From: a candidate division FCPU426 bacterium
GTDB lineage: Bacteria; Oederibacteriota; Muellerivitia; Muellerivitales; Muellerivitaceae
Assembly: GCA_963719085.1 (NCBI GenBank)
Contig: CAVRAL010000004.1
Coordinates: forward strand, 32,001-96,000
Length of the DNA stretch: 64,000 nt
Direction of reading: 5' to 3'
The notes below the pieces were generated by a model, which was not told the origin of the DNA, did not search any database, and saw nothing but the letters and a program-made list of their open reading frames with translations. Each line of letters opens with the position of its first letter. Within the stretch, counting starts at the first letter, position 1. Below are positions 37,068 to 49,053 of this stretch, in pieces. A program made the position numbers and the translations under genes.

Positions 37068-37463
37068 ATGAAAATCCTTAAGGTCAGGTCCAACCAACGC
37101 GAGCAGGTTTTGGATATCACGGCCCAGGTTCGGGATTTCGCGGCGCGAACCGGGCAGCCCTCCGGATTGGTCGCGGTTTACTGCCCCCATACCACGGCCG
37201 CGGTCTCCGTCAATGAAAACGCGGACCCGGACGTCAAACGGGACCTGCTTTATCAATTAAAGAAAACCATTCCCCAATCCCCCGAATTTCACCACAACGA
37301 GGACAACGCCGACGCCCACATTAAGGCCGTTTTGACGGGATTGTCCCAAGTTTTTATCGTGGAAGAGGGCTCGCTTCAATTGGGCTATTGGCAGGGAGTT
37401 TATTTTTTGGAATTTGACGGACCCCGGGAACGGGAAGTCTGGCTCAAATTCATTCCCGGATAA
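37068..37463 (+). CDS. yjbQ: YjbQ/UPF0047-family protein
   Basis: HTTAAVSVNENADPDV, NADAHIK, LGYWQGVYFLEFDGPR. Confidence 0.92.
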   Translation: MKILKVRSNQREQVLDITAQVRDFAARTGQPSGLVAVYCPHTTAAVSVNENADPDVKRDLLYQLKKTIPQSPEFHHNEDNADAHIKAVLTGLSQVFIVEEGSLQLGYWQGVYFLEFDGPREREVWLKFIPG

Positions 37464-37470
37464 AGGCCGG

Positions 37471-38277
37471 TCAGGTCTTTTTTGTTTTTCTGGATCGGGT
37501 CGGGGGTTTTTCCGCCATCACCGTATATCCCAGGCAATCCACCGAGCCGTCCTTAAAAGAAGACAAGTTTCCTAACAAGACCGCGAAAGCCAAGAGCGGT
37601 AGGCCCAGGATTCCTAAAAGCCTTGAAAAATTCTTAACTATAAAATTCGGACTCGTAGGCGCCAAAAGGACGAATAGAAAAGCCATCACCTTGTAACAAG
37701 CCACCGTCAATTGGTTTCCCCGGGCGTAAATTTTCACCTGGTTAAACCCCGCCTGGGTCAAAAGATTGTTTAATCCCGATGGCGTATAACGCCAATAATC
37801 GTAGGGAATAAAATGCCACCGCACGGCAAAGGGGATGGTGGCCACCATTTTCCCGCCGGGCCGAAGAACCCGGGCCGCCTGTTTCAAAAAAATCAGCGGC
37901 TCGTCCACATGCTCAAGCGTTTCCGTGCAGAGGATAAAATCAACGGATTCGTTTTTGACCGGCCAAGTCGACCCTGAGTAGTAAATCGTGTCCGGGGTCT
38001 CGTAGCCGAAATGGGGCTTGGAGTTGGCCGTATCAATACCCTGATAGCGGGCCTCCGCTGAGAACATCCGGCGAAAAGGCTGGATACCGCAGCCCACATC
38101 CAAAACATCACCCTTGACCTTTGGCAGCAGCGCTTTCAAATCCCGTGAAATCGTGCTGGTTTGCAAGTCGAGCAGGAAGTAAATGAGGATTTTGATCCGG
38201 GAAACGAAACCGGGGGATCGGGAATAGACCGGAGGACGCCAATTTTCCGCCTTCAAATCCAGCAGGTTTTTTCTCAT
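37471..38277 (-). CDS. Class I SAM-dependent methyltransferase
   Basis: VLDVGCG, ETLEHV, RVLRPGG, PYDYWRYT. Confidence 0.88.
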   Translation of the reverse strand: MRKNLLDLKAENWRPPVYSRSPGFVSRIKILIYFLLDLQTSTISRDLKALLPKVKGDVLDVGCGIQPFRRMFSAEARYQGIDTANSKPHFGYETPDTIYYSGSTWPVKNESVDFILCTETLEHVDEPLIFLKQAARVLRPGGKMVATIPFAVRWHFIPYDYWRYTPSGLNNLLTQAGFNQVKIYARGNQLTVACYKVMAFLFVLLAPTSPNFIVKNFSRLLGILGLPLLAFAVLLGNLSSFKDGSVDCLGYTVMAEKPPTRSRKTKKT

Positions 38278-38349
38278 ACCACCCCTTTCAATGCCGATTA
38301 ATACTACCCCACTCTTTTAATTTCGCAACGAATTCCCACTGAAAAATAT

Positions 38350-39417
38350 TTAAATTTTGGGCTTAGCCCGGAGATATTGTTTGGGCCAGGGGACGTCCAC
38401 ACCCAAGACCCGCGCCGCGTTTAACGCCCAGTAGGGATCCCGTAAAAAAGCCCGGGCCAGGGCCACAAAATCCGCCTTGCCCTCCCGGATCAATTGATCC
38501 GCCTGCCCGGGTTCGGTGATCATGCCGACCGCGATGGTTCCGATGCCGGCTTCCTTTTTTATTTTTTCTGAAAAAGGAACCTGGTACCCCGGCCCAATCG
38601 GAATTTGGGCGCCTGGCACCACGCCGCCGGACGAGCAATCAATCAGGTCCACGCCCAAGGCCTTCGCCCGCCGGGCCAGTTCCACACTTTCGTCCGGCGT
38701 CCATCCCCCTTCCACCCAATCCGTGCAGGAAATCCGGACCGCCAAGGGCAGGTTTTCAGGCCAGTTTTGTCGAACCGCGGCCACCACTTCCAAGGGAAAA
38801 CGGACCCGGTTGTCAAAGCCGCCTCCATAAGCGTCTTCCCGGCGGTTGGCCAGGGGCGATAAAAACTCATTCAATAGGTAGCCGTGCGCCGAATGGATTT
38901 CAACCAATTCAAACCCCGCCTCAAAGGCGCGGCGGGCGGCCTTGCCAAAATCGGCGGCGGTTTTTTTAATCTCCACCTCATCCATGGCCTTGGGCGTTTG
39001 CCAGCCTTCTTGAAAGGCCTCCGCGCTGGGGGCCAGCGTCTCCCATGCGCCATCCGCCGGCTTCAAGGAACCTTCCCCTTGCCAAGGCGTGTAGGTGCCG
39101 GCCTTCCGCCCGGCGTGGGCCAATTGGATCCCGGGGACCGCGCCTTGGGACTTGAGAAACCGGGTAAGGGATAAAAAAGCCTGGGTGTGGGCGTCGGACC
39201 AAAGCCCCATGTCTTCCGGGGTGATGCGCCCTTCCGGCGTCACCGCCGTGGCTTCCACCATCACCATCGCCGCCCCACCAACCGCCCGGCTCCCTAAATG
39301 GGTGTGATGCCATTCGTTCGGCATTCCGTTGACGCTGGAATATTGGCACATGGGGGAAACAAAAATCCGGTTTCGAAATGAGACATTTTTAATCGTTATG
39401 GGCGAAAAAAGAGACAT
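38350..39417 (-). CDS. NADH:flavin oxidoreductase (old yellow enzyme, YqjM/NamA-like)
   Basis: NRIFVSPMCQYS, IQLAHAGRK, EIHSAHGYLL, RDPYW. Confidence 0.93.
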   Translation of the reverse strand: MSLFSPITIKNVSFRNRIFVSPMCQYSSVNGMPNEWHHTHLGSRAVGGAAMVMVEATAVTPEGRITPEDMGLWSDAHTQAFLSLTRFLKSQGAVPGIQLAHAGRKAGTYTPWQGEGSLKPADGAWETLAPSAEAFQEGWQTPKAMDEVEIKKTAADFGKAARRAFEAGFELVEIHSAHGYLLNEFLSPLANRREDAYGGGFDNRVRFPLEVVAAVRQNWPENLPLAVRISCTDWVEGGWTPDESVELARRAKALGVDLIDCSSGGVVPGAQIPIGPGYQVPFSEKIKKEAGIGTIAVGMITEPGQADQLIREGKADFVALARAFLRDPYWALNAARVLGVDVPWPKQYLRAKPKI

Positions 39418-39445
39418 AAAAACCTTTCCAATTCAAACTCGCGGC

Positions 39446-41035
39446 TTAGTGCAGCTGCAATTGACCGCCCAGGATCGCCGTCGCGGACGGCGGGGCGTCG
39501 TCGGAAACCGGAGCGGACGAATCCGTGGCCGGCGCGTCCTGGGAATCATCCGCCAGATCATCCGACCTGTCTTTGGGAATGCCGAAAGATTTCAAAATTT
39601 CTTTGGTATCTTTATCGGCGCCGTCGGCCTTGATCACGATCCAATCGCCGAAATTATCCCCGTCCCCGGTCGTGTGATCGAGCTCGATCACATGGTATCC
39701 ATTGATGGGATGCTCGAAGGCCTTCGGCACATCCTTCAGCTCGGTGATCGGCATGCCGTCGATTTTATCCACCACCCCCTGCTTCAAGTCGTGGTAACCC
39801 ACGTTCAAGTCATGGGGCAAAACCTCGTTGATGAAGACAATTTGTTTGTGACGCTCGGACGGCAGACCGTTCTCGTAATAATCCATCAACTGGGAAGGCG
39901 CGGTGCCGGCTTTCCATAGGTTCAAATAGTCCCAACTCAAGGGCATGAAAACCAATCCGCCAAAGATGTAATAAGAAGGTCTGACATCGTAAGCCGGCCC
40001 CGCCACCAAGGCGTCGAAAGGTTTCAAAAGGATGGACAACTTCACTATTTTCCCATCCCGTAAAACGTCCAACGGGACCTTATCCCCATTGGCGTATTGG
40101 CTGGTGATATAAGAAAAGGCCACCCGGTCGCCGCCCGCGAAAGGAACCGTTCCGTTGTTGGCGATAGGGACGCCGGCTTCCGAAAGCAAAACATCCTTGG
40201 GTTGGATAACGCCGTCCGCGGGGGATCCATGAACCACCTGGGTCACCAATACGCCCGACTGGTTGGGGCCCATCTTATAAAAGCTCCGCAAAGAATCGCT
40301 TTCCATTTTCTGCCATAAAATCCCCAGGCTCGGCGCGCCCGTCATATTGCCCGCGGCCTTGTCTTTGAGCGAGCGTTGAATAATGGAAACCGGCACGATA
40401 TAGCCGATCCCTTCGGCGTCGCCCGCGCCATAAGACTGGAAAGCGATCCCAATCAGTTTCCCCCCCTCAAAAGCGGGGCCGCCCGAATTGCCCGGATTAA
40501 TGGCCGCGTCGGTTTGGATGGTTAAAAAATCCCTTTGGGAGTGCACATAACGTTGAACCTCGATGCGTGAAACCACGCCTTCGGTGATCGAAAGCTCATC
40601 GCCTCCAATTGGGAATCCATAAACCGCCACCTTTTGCCTTTGGCTGGGCAGGGCGCCGAACTCCACCGGCGTGGTGTCTTTAAAGAAGTCGGGATTCTTG
40701 ACCTTCAAGACAGCCACTTCCCGGTCATGGTCCACATATTCGACATCCGCGGTGTATTTTTTGGTGTCCCCGGCTTTCATGACCTGAATAAAAACCTCAT
40801 CGGAGATCACGTGGGCGTTGGTCAGGATCCGTCCGCCCGGCAGGATGCAGCCGGAGCCGCTGGCTTCGTATTGATAGCCGATCACCCAGGGTTGGTAATA
40901 GTTGGGCTTGTTGGTGACGGTAAAAATTTTTACCACGGACTTTCGAAGCCCGCTGTCATCGGCCAGCAGGGTCCGGGGAGCCATTCCGCCCCAAAGAAAA
41001 GCCAACGATAATAAAAGAGAAATATTGCGTTTCAT
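39446..41035 (-). CDS. Periplasmic Deg/HtrA serine protease with PDZ domains (Deg2-like)
   Basis: Signal peptide; ILTNAHV, DAAINPGNSGGP; PSYYIFGGLVF second PDZ region. Confidence 0.9.
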   Translation of the reverse strand: MKRNISLLLSLAFLWGGMAPRTLLADDSGLRKSVVKIFTVTNKPNYYQPWVIGYQYEASGSGCILPGGRILTNAHVISDEVFIQVMKAGDTKKYTADVEYVDHDREVAVLKVKNPDFFKDTTPVEFGALPSQRQKVAVYGFPIGGDELSITEGVVSRIEVQRYVHSQRDFLTIQTDAAINPGNSGGPAFEGGKLIGIAFQSYGAGDAEGIGYIVPVSIIQRSLKDKAAGNMTGAPSLGILWQKMESDSLRSFYKMGPNQSGVLVTQVVHGSPADGVIQPKDVLLSEAGVPIANNGTVPFAGGDRVAFSYITSQYANGDKVPLDVLRDGKIVKLSILLKPFDALVAGPAYDVRPSYYIFGGLVFMPLSWDYLNLWKAGTAPSQLMDYYENGLPSERHKQIVFINEVLPHDLNVGYHDLKQGVVDKIDGMPITELKDVPKAFEHPINGYHVIELDHTTGDGDNFGDWIVIKADGADKDTKEILKSFGIPKDRSDDLADDSQDAPATDSSAPVSDDAPPSATAILGGQLQLH

Positions 41036-41089
41036 GCGATGCCTTTCAAAATGAAGTCCCACGATAAGACGAAAAAGTCATAAATAGTG

Positions 41090-43072
<1,983 letters not shown>

Positions 43073-43347
43073 TTTTTCCCCTCATTTCGGAGTGGCGATG
43101 ATTCCAATTGTACCCGGTGAGCCCCGTCCCATCCCTGAAAAAGCTATAAAAAAACGCCGAAAAACCATTTACCCATCTAGCTTATCGGAAGTCTATCCGG
43201 CGGAGCCCGGAGGATGTAAAATAGGGCGGTCAAAAGCCCGAACCTTTTCCAACGCACACCCGGCTTCTTCTGATTTTGAACGGATGGCTTCCTGGTTTTT
43301 ATAGTTCCATTTCACGCACGCCGCTAAAAACGTTTGTTGGAGCCCGC

Positions 43348-44496
43348 ATGAAAATTTTGGTCGCGCCCGATAAATTCAAAAACGTCAACAGCTCCCAAAA
43401 AATGGCCGAGCTTATCCGAAACGCGATCCAAAAAGAGCTTCCCGAAGTCATCATCCGCCTCTGCCCCTTGGCCGACGGCGGCGAGGGAACGCTCAACGCC
43501 ATCGTTTATTCGCTCAAAGGTAAAATTGTTTCCGCCCCGACGTTTAACCCCCTGATGAAACCCATTCAAGCCACTTACGGCCTCACCCAATTGCCCGAAA
43601 AAAATTCCGCCCTGATTGAGATGGCCTTGGCGTCCGGTCTTTCCCTATTGGCGCCGGAAGACCGCAGGCCCTTGAACACCACCACCTTCGGCACCGGCAA
43701 ATTGGTGGCCGAGGCCTTCGGACAAGGCGCCACCGTTGTCCGCATCGCCTTGGGCGGCACTTCCACCGTGGACGGAGGCGCCGGTTTCTTGCAGGCCTTG
43801 GGCGTCGAGCTCATCACCAAATCCGGACCCTTGATGTCAGGCGCCTCGGGAAAAAACCTGTCCCAAATAACGGCGGTCGATTTCGCGCCTTGCCGGAAGC
43901 TGATGGAAAACAAAACCTTGATCGGTTTGACCGACGTCCAATCTCAATTATTGGGGCCTCAGGGCGCGGCCCGGCTTTACGCCCCGCAAAAAGGCGCTTC
44001 GCCCTCGGATGTTGAGGAATTAGAAAAAGGGCTGGCGCACTTCTCTAAAATTTTATCCGCTTCCTTCGGTTATCCCTTGGCCGAGCAAGCCGGCACCGGC
44101 GCCGCCGGCGGCTTGGGACTGGCGATTTTGGCCTTAGGAGGGAAACTGGAAAACGGATTTGATTTCGTGGCCCAAACGCTGCACCTGGAAAGCCAGATCA
44201 AGGATTGCGATCTCATTTTGACCGGCGAGGGCCGGTTGGATGAATCCAGCCGCCAAGGCAAGGTCCCGGTCGGCGTGGCCCGGCTAGCCAAGGCCCAAGG
44301 CAAGCCCTGTGTGGCGATCGTAGGGGCTCTTGACGCCAATCTTCCCTGGCTGAAAGAAGAGGGCTTATCCAAGGTCATGCCCTTCTTCGATTCCCCCTTC
44401 ACCGCGCCGGACGATCCCCGCAAGGAACAGGTTCCCCAGAAAATATCCGAGGTCATCAAGACACTTTTTAGCGGAGCCCAGCGTATCTATTCCTGA
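43348..44496 (+). CDS. Glycerate kinase (class I, GlxK/GarK)
   Basis: MKILVAPDKFK, ADGGEGT, GAAGGLG, TGEGRLD...GKVP. Confidence 0.92.
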   Translation: MKILVAPDKFKNVNSSQKMAELIRNAIQKELPEVIIRLCPLADGGEGTLNAIVYSLKGKIVSAPTFNPLMKPIQATYGLTQLPEKNSALIEMALASGLSLLAPEDRRPLNTTTFGTGKLVAEAFGQGATVVRIALGGTSTVDGGAGFLQALGVELITKSGPLMSGASGKNLSQITAVDFAPCRKLMENKTLIGLTDVQSQLLGPQGAARLYAPQKGASPSDVEELEKGLAHFSKILSASFGYPLAEQAGTGAAGGLGLAILALGGKLENGFDFVAQTLHLESQIKDCDLILTGEGRLDESSRQGKVPVGVARLAKAQGKPCVAIVGALDANLPWLKEEGLSKVMPFFDSPFTAPDDPRKEQVPQKISEVIKTLFSGAQRIYS

Positions 44497-44551
44497 GACG
44501 CCTGGAGAAGCGTATCCAAGGGCGTAAAATACTCGGGGAGGCTACGCGCCC

Positions 44552-45331
44552 ATGAATAAAAACTTTCAATGGATTGTCGGCCTCTCCATGGCCACCCCCC
44601 TCGCGGCGGCAACCCCCGCTCCCACTCATTTCAACCTGACAACCGCTGTGGGTCAAAGCGCTCCTGTGGTTTTAGAGCTATTTACTTCCCAAGGCTGTTC
44701 CAGCTGTCCGCCGGCCGAAAGTCTTTTAAATACATGGGGTTTGGAACTTTTTCAAAAGGGCAAACTTCTGCCCCTGGCCTTTCACGTGGACTATTGGAAC
44801 AACCTGGGCTGGACGGACCCCTTTTCCTTGGCCGACTTCACCGCCCGGCAAAATGCCTATGTGCCCGTCTTAGGGATGAATTCCCTCTATACGCCGCAAG
44901 CGGTTCTCGGAGGCCAAGCGGACGCCGTCGGCAGTGACGCCAAAACAATTCAAAATCGTTTTCAAGCCTTGGCGACAGCGCAAGCTTCCACTGGACTTTC
45001 TTTGGCCGCCGCCCGCAAAGGCTCTCAGGTGGAGCTCGAAATAAAAACAACCGGAACGGGAATACCGGGAAGCGATTGGACTTTGAATGTCGCCCTTTTC
45101 GAGAACGGTTTAACCACATCCGTGGCCCGGGGCGAAAACGGCGGGCGGACTTTATCAGAGAACTTTGTGGTGAGATCTTTTAGCCGGCTTTATCCCGTTA
45201 ATGCCAATCAGAAATTTGAGATTCCTTGGGACCCATCTTGGAAAAAAGGATCGGTGGGAGCGGCCGTTTATTTACAAGATCGCCGAAGCCTTCGAATCGA
45301 TTCTTCCGCCGCGGTTTATCCGATTCCATAA
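44552..45331 (+). CDS. DUF1223 thioredoxin-like exported protein
   Basis: VVLELFTSQGCSSCPPA, FHVDYWNNLGWTDPF, YTPQ, RGENGGRTL. Confidence 0.88.
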   Translation: MNKNFQWIVGLSMATPLAAATPAPTHFNLTTAVGQSAPVVLELFTSQGCSSCPPAESLLNTWGLELFQKGKLLPLAFHVDYWNNLGWTDPFSLADFTARQNAYVPVLGMNSLYTPQAVLGGQADAVGSDAKTIQNRFQALATAQASTGLSLAAARKGSQVELEIKTTGTGIPGSDWTLNVALFENGLTTSVARGENGGRTLSENFVVRSFSRLYPVNANQKFEIPWDPSWKKGSVGAAVYLQDRRSLRIDSSAAVYPIP

Positions 45332-45336
45332 GCGAA

Positions 45337-45543
45337 TCAGGCCTTGTTTCTTTTCTCTTGTTTTATGATTTGATAAATAATAAACCCCGCCAAAAGCGCC
45401 ACGGTTCCCAGCATCAAAAATATGGTCGCGTTGATTCCCAAGGTGAAACCTCGGCTGTTTTGGCTTAGGTTTCCCGCGCAAAAGGGACAGGCCTGAAGCG
45501 GCGCGGCGGCGAGAAACAGAAGACCCATTAATTTTTTGGTCAT
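45337..45543 (-). CDS. Small membrane protein with CxxC at the end of the oxidase operon
   Basis: Signal peptide, ACPFC, one TM helix. Confidence 0.65.
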   Translation of the reverse strand: MTKKLMGLLFLAAAPLQACPFCAGNLSQNSRGFTLGINATIFLMLGTVALLAGFIIYQIIKQEKRNKA

Positions 45544-45559
45544 GTCCGGCTTCCCACCG

Positions 45560-46132
45560 CTACAGCAAATAGAAAAATAAAAGAATAAAAATCCAAACCA
45601 CCGCCAAAAGGTACCAATAGAGGCCCATCACCTCTAATGGGCTGTGGAAATCCCGGTTAAAATCCCCTCGGCGGGCACGCCACCCCAAAACCAGTAGGAC
45701 CGCGATCCCGATCAAGACATGAAGCCCCTCGAAACCGGTCAGCGTGTAGTAACAGCCGAAAAATAGATTGGTTGAGGGAAGTTTCCCGTTTCGAATTTCC
45801 TGGGCGTATTCCATTAGTTTCAAAACCAGAAAAAGGGTTCCCGCCCCGGCCGTCATGAATAGACGAACCCCCGCCGCCCTTGACTCGCCATCGTTTCCCT
45901 TTTGAACCGCGCGGGCCATCCAGAAAACGCTTAAGGCTAGAACAGCGCTGTTCACCAAGGCCAGGGTCAACGGCAAGGGCCGGGGATTTAAAAGTTCAGG
46001 ATGGGCGAAACGCATGATGAGCGTCATGGCGAAAAAAGCCATGAAGAACATGGCTTCCGAAGCCAGAAACAGCCACATCCCAAAAGCCACCATTTCTTTC
46101 CGTTCGGCGGACTCGATCCGGGCTGAGTTCAT
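45560..46132 (-). CDS. ctaE: Cytochrome c oxidase subunit III
   Basis: GMWLFLASEAMFF, YYTLTGFEGLHV, GLYWY...VWI. Confidence 0.88.
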   Translation of the reverse strand: MNSARIESAERKEMVAFGMWLFLASEAMFFMAFFAMTLIMRFAHPELLNPRPLPLTLALVNSAVLALSVFWMARAVQKGNDGESRAAGVRLFMTAGAGTLFLVLKLMEYAQEIRNGKLPSTNLFFGCYYTLTGFEGLHVLIGIAVLLVLGWRARRGDFNRDFHSPLEVMGLYWYLLAVVWIFILLFFYLL

Positions 46133-47928
46133 GACTGACCTTCCTTTCCGGCGGAAGCCGCCGGAGGTTTTTCATCTTGAGCGATCCAGTCACGGCCCGT
46201 CAATTCGGCCTCATGGGAGCTGTACTCGTAGGGGCCCCGGTAAACTATGGGAATCCGGTCAAAATTATGAAAAGGCGCGGGCGAGGGGATGGTCCATTCC
46301 AGTCCATTGCCGTTCCACGGATTGGCCGGCGCTTTTTCGCCTTTTTTAAGGCTGAGGATTAAATTAATCAAAAATAAGAACTGCGCCGCCCCCAAAACAA
46401 AAGCCGACAAGGTGATAAAAACATTCAAGTGCTGGAGCGGCTGCAAATATTGGTATTCGGTGGAGGTAGCCAGACGCCGCATTTCGCCGCCTTCGCCCAA
46501 AAGATGCATGGGGAAAAAAGTGCAGTTGAACGCCGCCAAGGACAAAACCCAATGGGCCAAACCAAGCTTGTGGCTCATCCATCTTCCGGTCATTTTGGGA
46601 AACCAGTAGTGAATGGCGCCAAAGGACGCGAAAAGCGATCCCCCGAAAACCACGTAATGAAAATGGGCGATGATGTAGTAAGTGTCGTGGATATAGACAT
46701 CCACCGGCGTGGCCGCCATGAAAATGCCGCTGAGCCCCCCCACGATGAACATGGAAACAAAGGATAGGGCGTAAAGCATGGGCAGCGTCAGGTGGATGTT
46801 CCCCCGCCAAAGCGTGCCCAGCCAGTTGAAAACCTTCACCCCCGAGGGAACGGCGATCATCAGCGTCGTCATCATGAACCCCGCGCCCATGGCCGAGCTC
46901 ATCCCGGAAACGAACATGTGATGGCCCCAAACCACGAAACCTAATCCCATAATGGAAACCATGGCGGCCACCATGGCGTTATATCCAAAAAGCGGTTTTC
47001 GGGCGAAGGTGGAGATAAGGTCCGAGACAATTCCCATGGCCGGAAGCACCAAAATATAAACCGCCGGATGGGAATAAAACCAAAAGAGATGCTGCCAAAG
47101 CAAAGGATGGCCCCCGCCCCCGCCGCCAATCAGCTGGTCGTTGCTGTCATGAAGCCCCGTGGGCAGGAAAAAACTGGTCCCGAAAATTTTGTCCATGAAC
47201 ATCAGGCTGACCGCGGCGGCCAGAACCGGCGTGGCGAGAACCTGAAAAAAAGCGGTCACCAACTGGGACCAGGTGGTCATGGGCAGGCGCCCCCAAGTGA
47301 GGCCCGGCGCCCGCATCTTCACGATGGTGGTTAAAAAATTAAGCCCCGAAAGGCTGGAAGAAAAACCGGTAAGAAAAATCCCGATCAGCCAAAAAACCTG
47401 TCCCGAACCAGAACCCGGCGTGGCGGTGGGGACCTCACTTAAAGGCGCGTAAGCGGTCCATCCGGCTTCCGAGGCGCCATTGGCCAGAAAAAATGAGGAT
47501 AAAAGGACTAAGCCGCCGGCCAGATAAATCCAATAGGAAAGCGCGTTTAAAAAAGGAAAGGCCATATCCCGGGCGCCCACTTGGAGCGGAATAAGAAAAT
47601 TGCCGAACCCGCCGGTTAAAAGCGGAATCATCACGAGAAAAACCATCAGGGTGCCATGCATGGTGGTGAGTTGCAGATAGCCTTGGGGTGAAATCCGCCC
47701 CGCCGAATCAAAGAAAAAGTGGTTTTGAAACAAGGCGCCCAATCCCGGAACGGGTGAACCGGGAAAAGCCAGCTGCCAACGGATCAGCATAGCCAAAAGA
47801 CCCCCAAGCGCCATAAAAAAGCCCACGGTCAAGAAATACTGATAAGCCACCACCTTATGGTCGGAAGGCCAGAGATATTTATGGATAAAATCCTTGGGCG
47901 CCATCGGCAGCCCTTCCCCGTCGATCAT
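46129..47928 (-). CDS. ctaD: Cytochrome c oxidase subunit I, A2 type
   Basis: TMHG, WFYSHPAVY (YS motif marks A2 type), VWGHHM, AHFHY. Confidence 0.95.
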   Translation of the reverse strand: MIDGEGLPMAPKDFIHKYLWPSDHKVVAYQYFLTVGFFMALGGLLAMLIRWQLAFPGSPVPGLGALFQNHFFFDSAGRISPQGYLQLTTMHGTLMVFLVMIPLLTGGFGNFLIPLQVGARDMAFPFLNALSYWIYLAGGLVLLSSFFLANGASEAGWTAYAPLSEVPTATPGSGSGQVFWLIGIFLTGFSSSLSGLNFLTTIVKMRAPGLTWGRLPMTTWSQLVTAFFQVLATPVLAAAVSLMFMDKIFGTSFFLPTGLHDSNDQLIGGGGGGHPLLWQHLFWFYSHPAVYILVLPAMGIVSDLISTFARKPLFGYNAMVAAMVSIMGLGFVVWGHHMFVSGMSSAMGAGFMMTTLMIAVPSGVKVFNWLGTLWRGNIHLTLPMLYALSFVSMFIVGGLSGIFMAATPVDVYIHDTYYIIAHFHYVVFGGSLFASFGAIHYWFPKMTGRWMSHKLGLAHWVLSLAAFNCTFFPMHLLGEGGEMRRLATSTEYQYLQPLQHLNVFITLSAFVLGAAQFLFLINLILSLKKGEKAPANPWNGNGLEWTIPSPAPFHNFDRIPIVYRGPYEYSSHEAELTGRDWIAQDEKPPAASAGKEGQS

Positions 47929-47944
47929 GTCGTCTTTCTCCTAG

Positions 47945-48982
47945 TCAAGGCGCGTTAAATTGCGGGTAATATTTGTCCCAAATTTCGGTCCACTTTTCGG
48001 CGTCATCCCGTTTTTTTTCCTTCACGGCTTGGTTGAACCAACGGGCATAGGTCTCAGGCGTATCCACGTAAAGATAACCGATCATACGGTAATGGCCGAT
48101 GCCGCAAAGCTGGGAACAAGCGATTTCAATGGGGCACTGGACATAGTCGGCCTCGGCGACGGACTTTTTTTGAATTTTCCCCTCATATAAAATATCAACG
48201 GTTTTCAATCCGGGAAAGGGGGCGTACCGATACGATTTTTCCCCAGTCACGTTTAACTTTTGGGCCGTCAACGCAAAACCTTCCAAGGCCACCTTTTTAT
48301 CCTGTATTTCCTCGGGCGTAAAAAATACCTTTTGCTGTTTTTTCAAATCCCAACAAGCCACCTGGTCTAACTCAAACCAGGTTTTGGAAAGCATGCCGGG
48401 AACAGCGTCTTGTTTTAATCGGGCCTGAGGAATAAACAAACTATGGATGACGTCCTTGGCGCTCTCGTTAATTTGGATATTCTCGCCTGCCCGCACGTGC
48501 ATTTGGTTGACGGTCATGATGTCGTCGGCCGTGCCAAAAAGCCCATCGGGCCCCGCGTAGCGAAAATGCCAGGCGAATTGCTCGGCGAAGACCTGGATGG
48601 TTTGGGAATGGGCGGTGACCGGCATGGGCCCCCGCATAAAATCCCAGAGTTTTTTTTGGTAAAAATAAAGGCCGGACAAGATGACGATCGGGATGAGGGT
48701 CCATATCCATTCGGCGGCGGGATGGCCATTGCTGTAGAGGGCTTTACGGCCTGGTTTTTTCCGAAAAAGAAAAACGAACAATAAAAGGGCGCCTTGGGTC
48801 GCGAGGAAAAGAACCGTGACCAGCCAAAAGAGGGACTCATAAAGGGAGTCCACCTGCCCCCCATAAGTCGAATTGAGGTTGGGGACGAGGGTGCCAAAAC
48901 TCAACGCGGCCAACGCTTTTAAAGGAAAAAAGAAAGGAGCCGCCGTTAAAAACGCGAGCGCCCTTATTCTTTTTTTAAGCAA
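47945..48982 (-). CDS. ctaC: Cytochrome c oxidase subunit II with CuA site and a large insertion
   Basis: EWIWTLIP, QFAWHFRY, DVIHS, CSQLCGIGHYRM. Confidence 0.88.
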   Translation of the reverse strand: MLKKRIRALAFLTAAPFFFPLKALAALSFGTLVPNLNSTYGGQVDSLYESLFWLVTVLFLATQGALLLFVFLFRKKPGRKALYSNGHPAAEWIWTLIPIVILSGLYFYQKKLWDFMRGPMPVTAHSQTIQVFAEQFAWHFRYAGPDGLFGTADDIMTVNQMHVRAGENIQINESAKDVIHSLFIPQARLKQDAVPGMLSKTWFELDQVACWDLKKQQKVFFTPEEIQDKKVALEGFALTAQKLNVTGEKSYRYAPFPGLKTVDILYEGKIQKKSVAEADYVQCPIEIACSQLCGIGHYRMIGYLYVDTPETYARWFNQAVKEKKRDDAEKWTEIWDKYYPQFNAP

Positions 48983-49053
48983 GATGGGTCTCCCTGGGGC
49001 TGAAAAAAGAAGGCCTTACTTTAATCAGAAGAGTGGGCCGGGTCAACCGAGGG

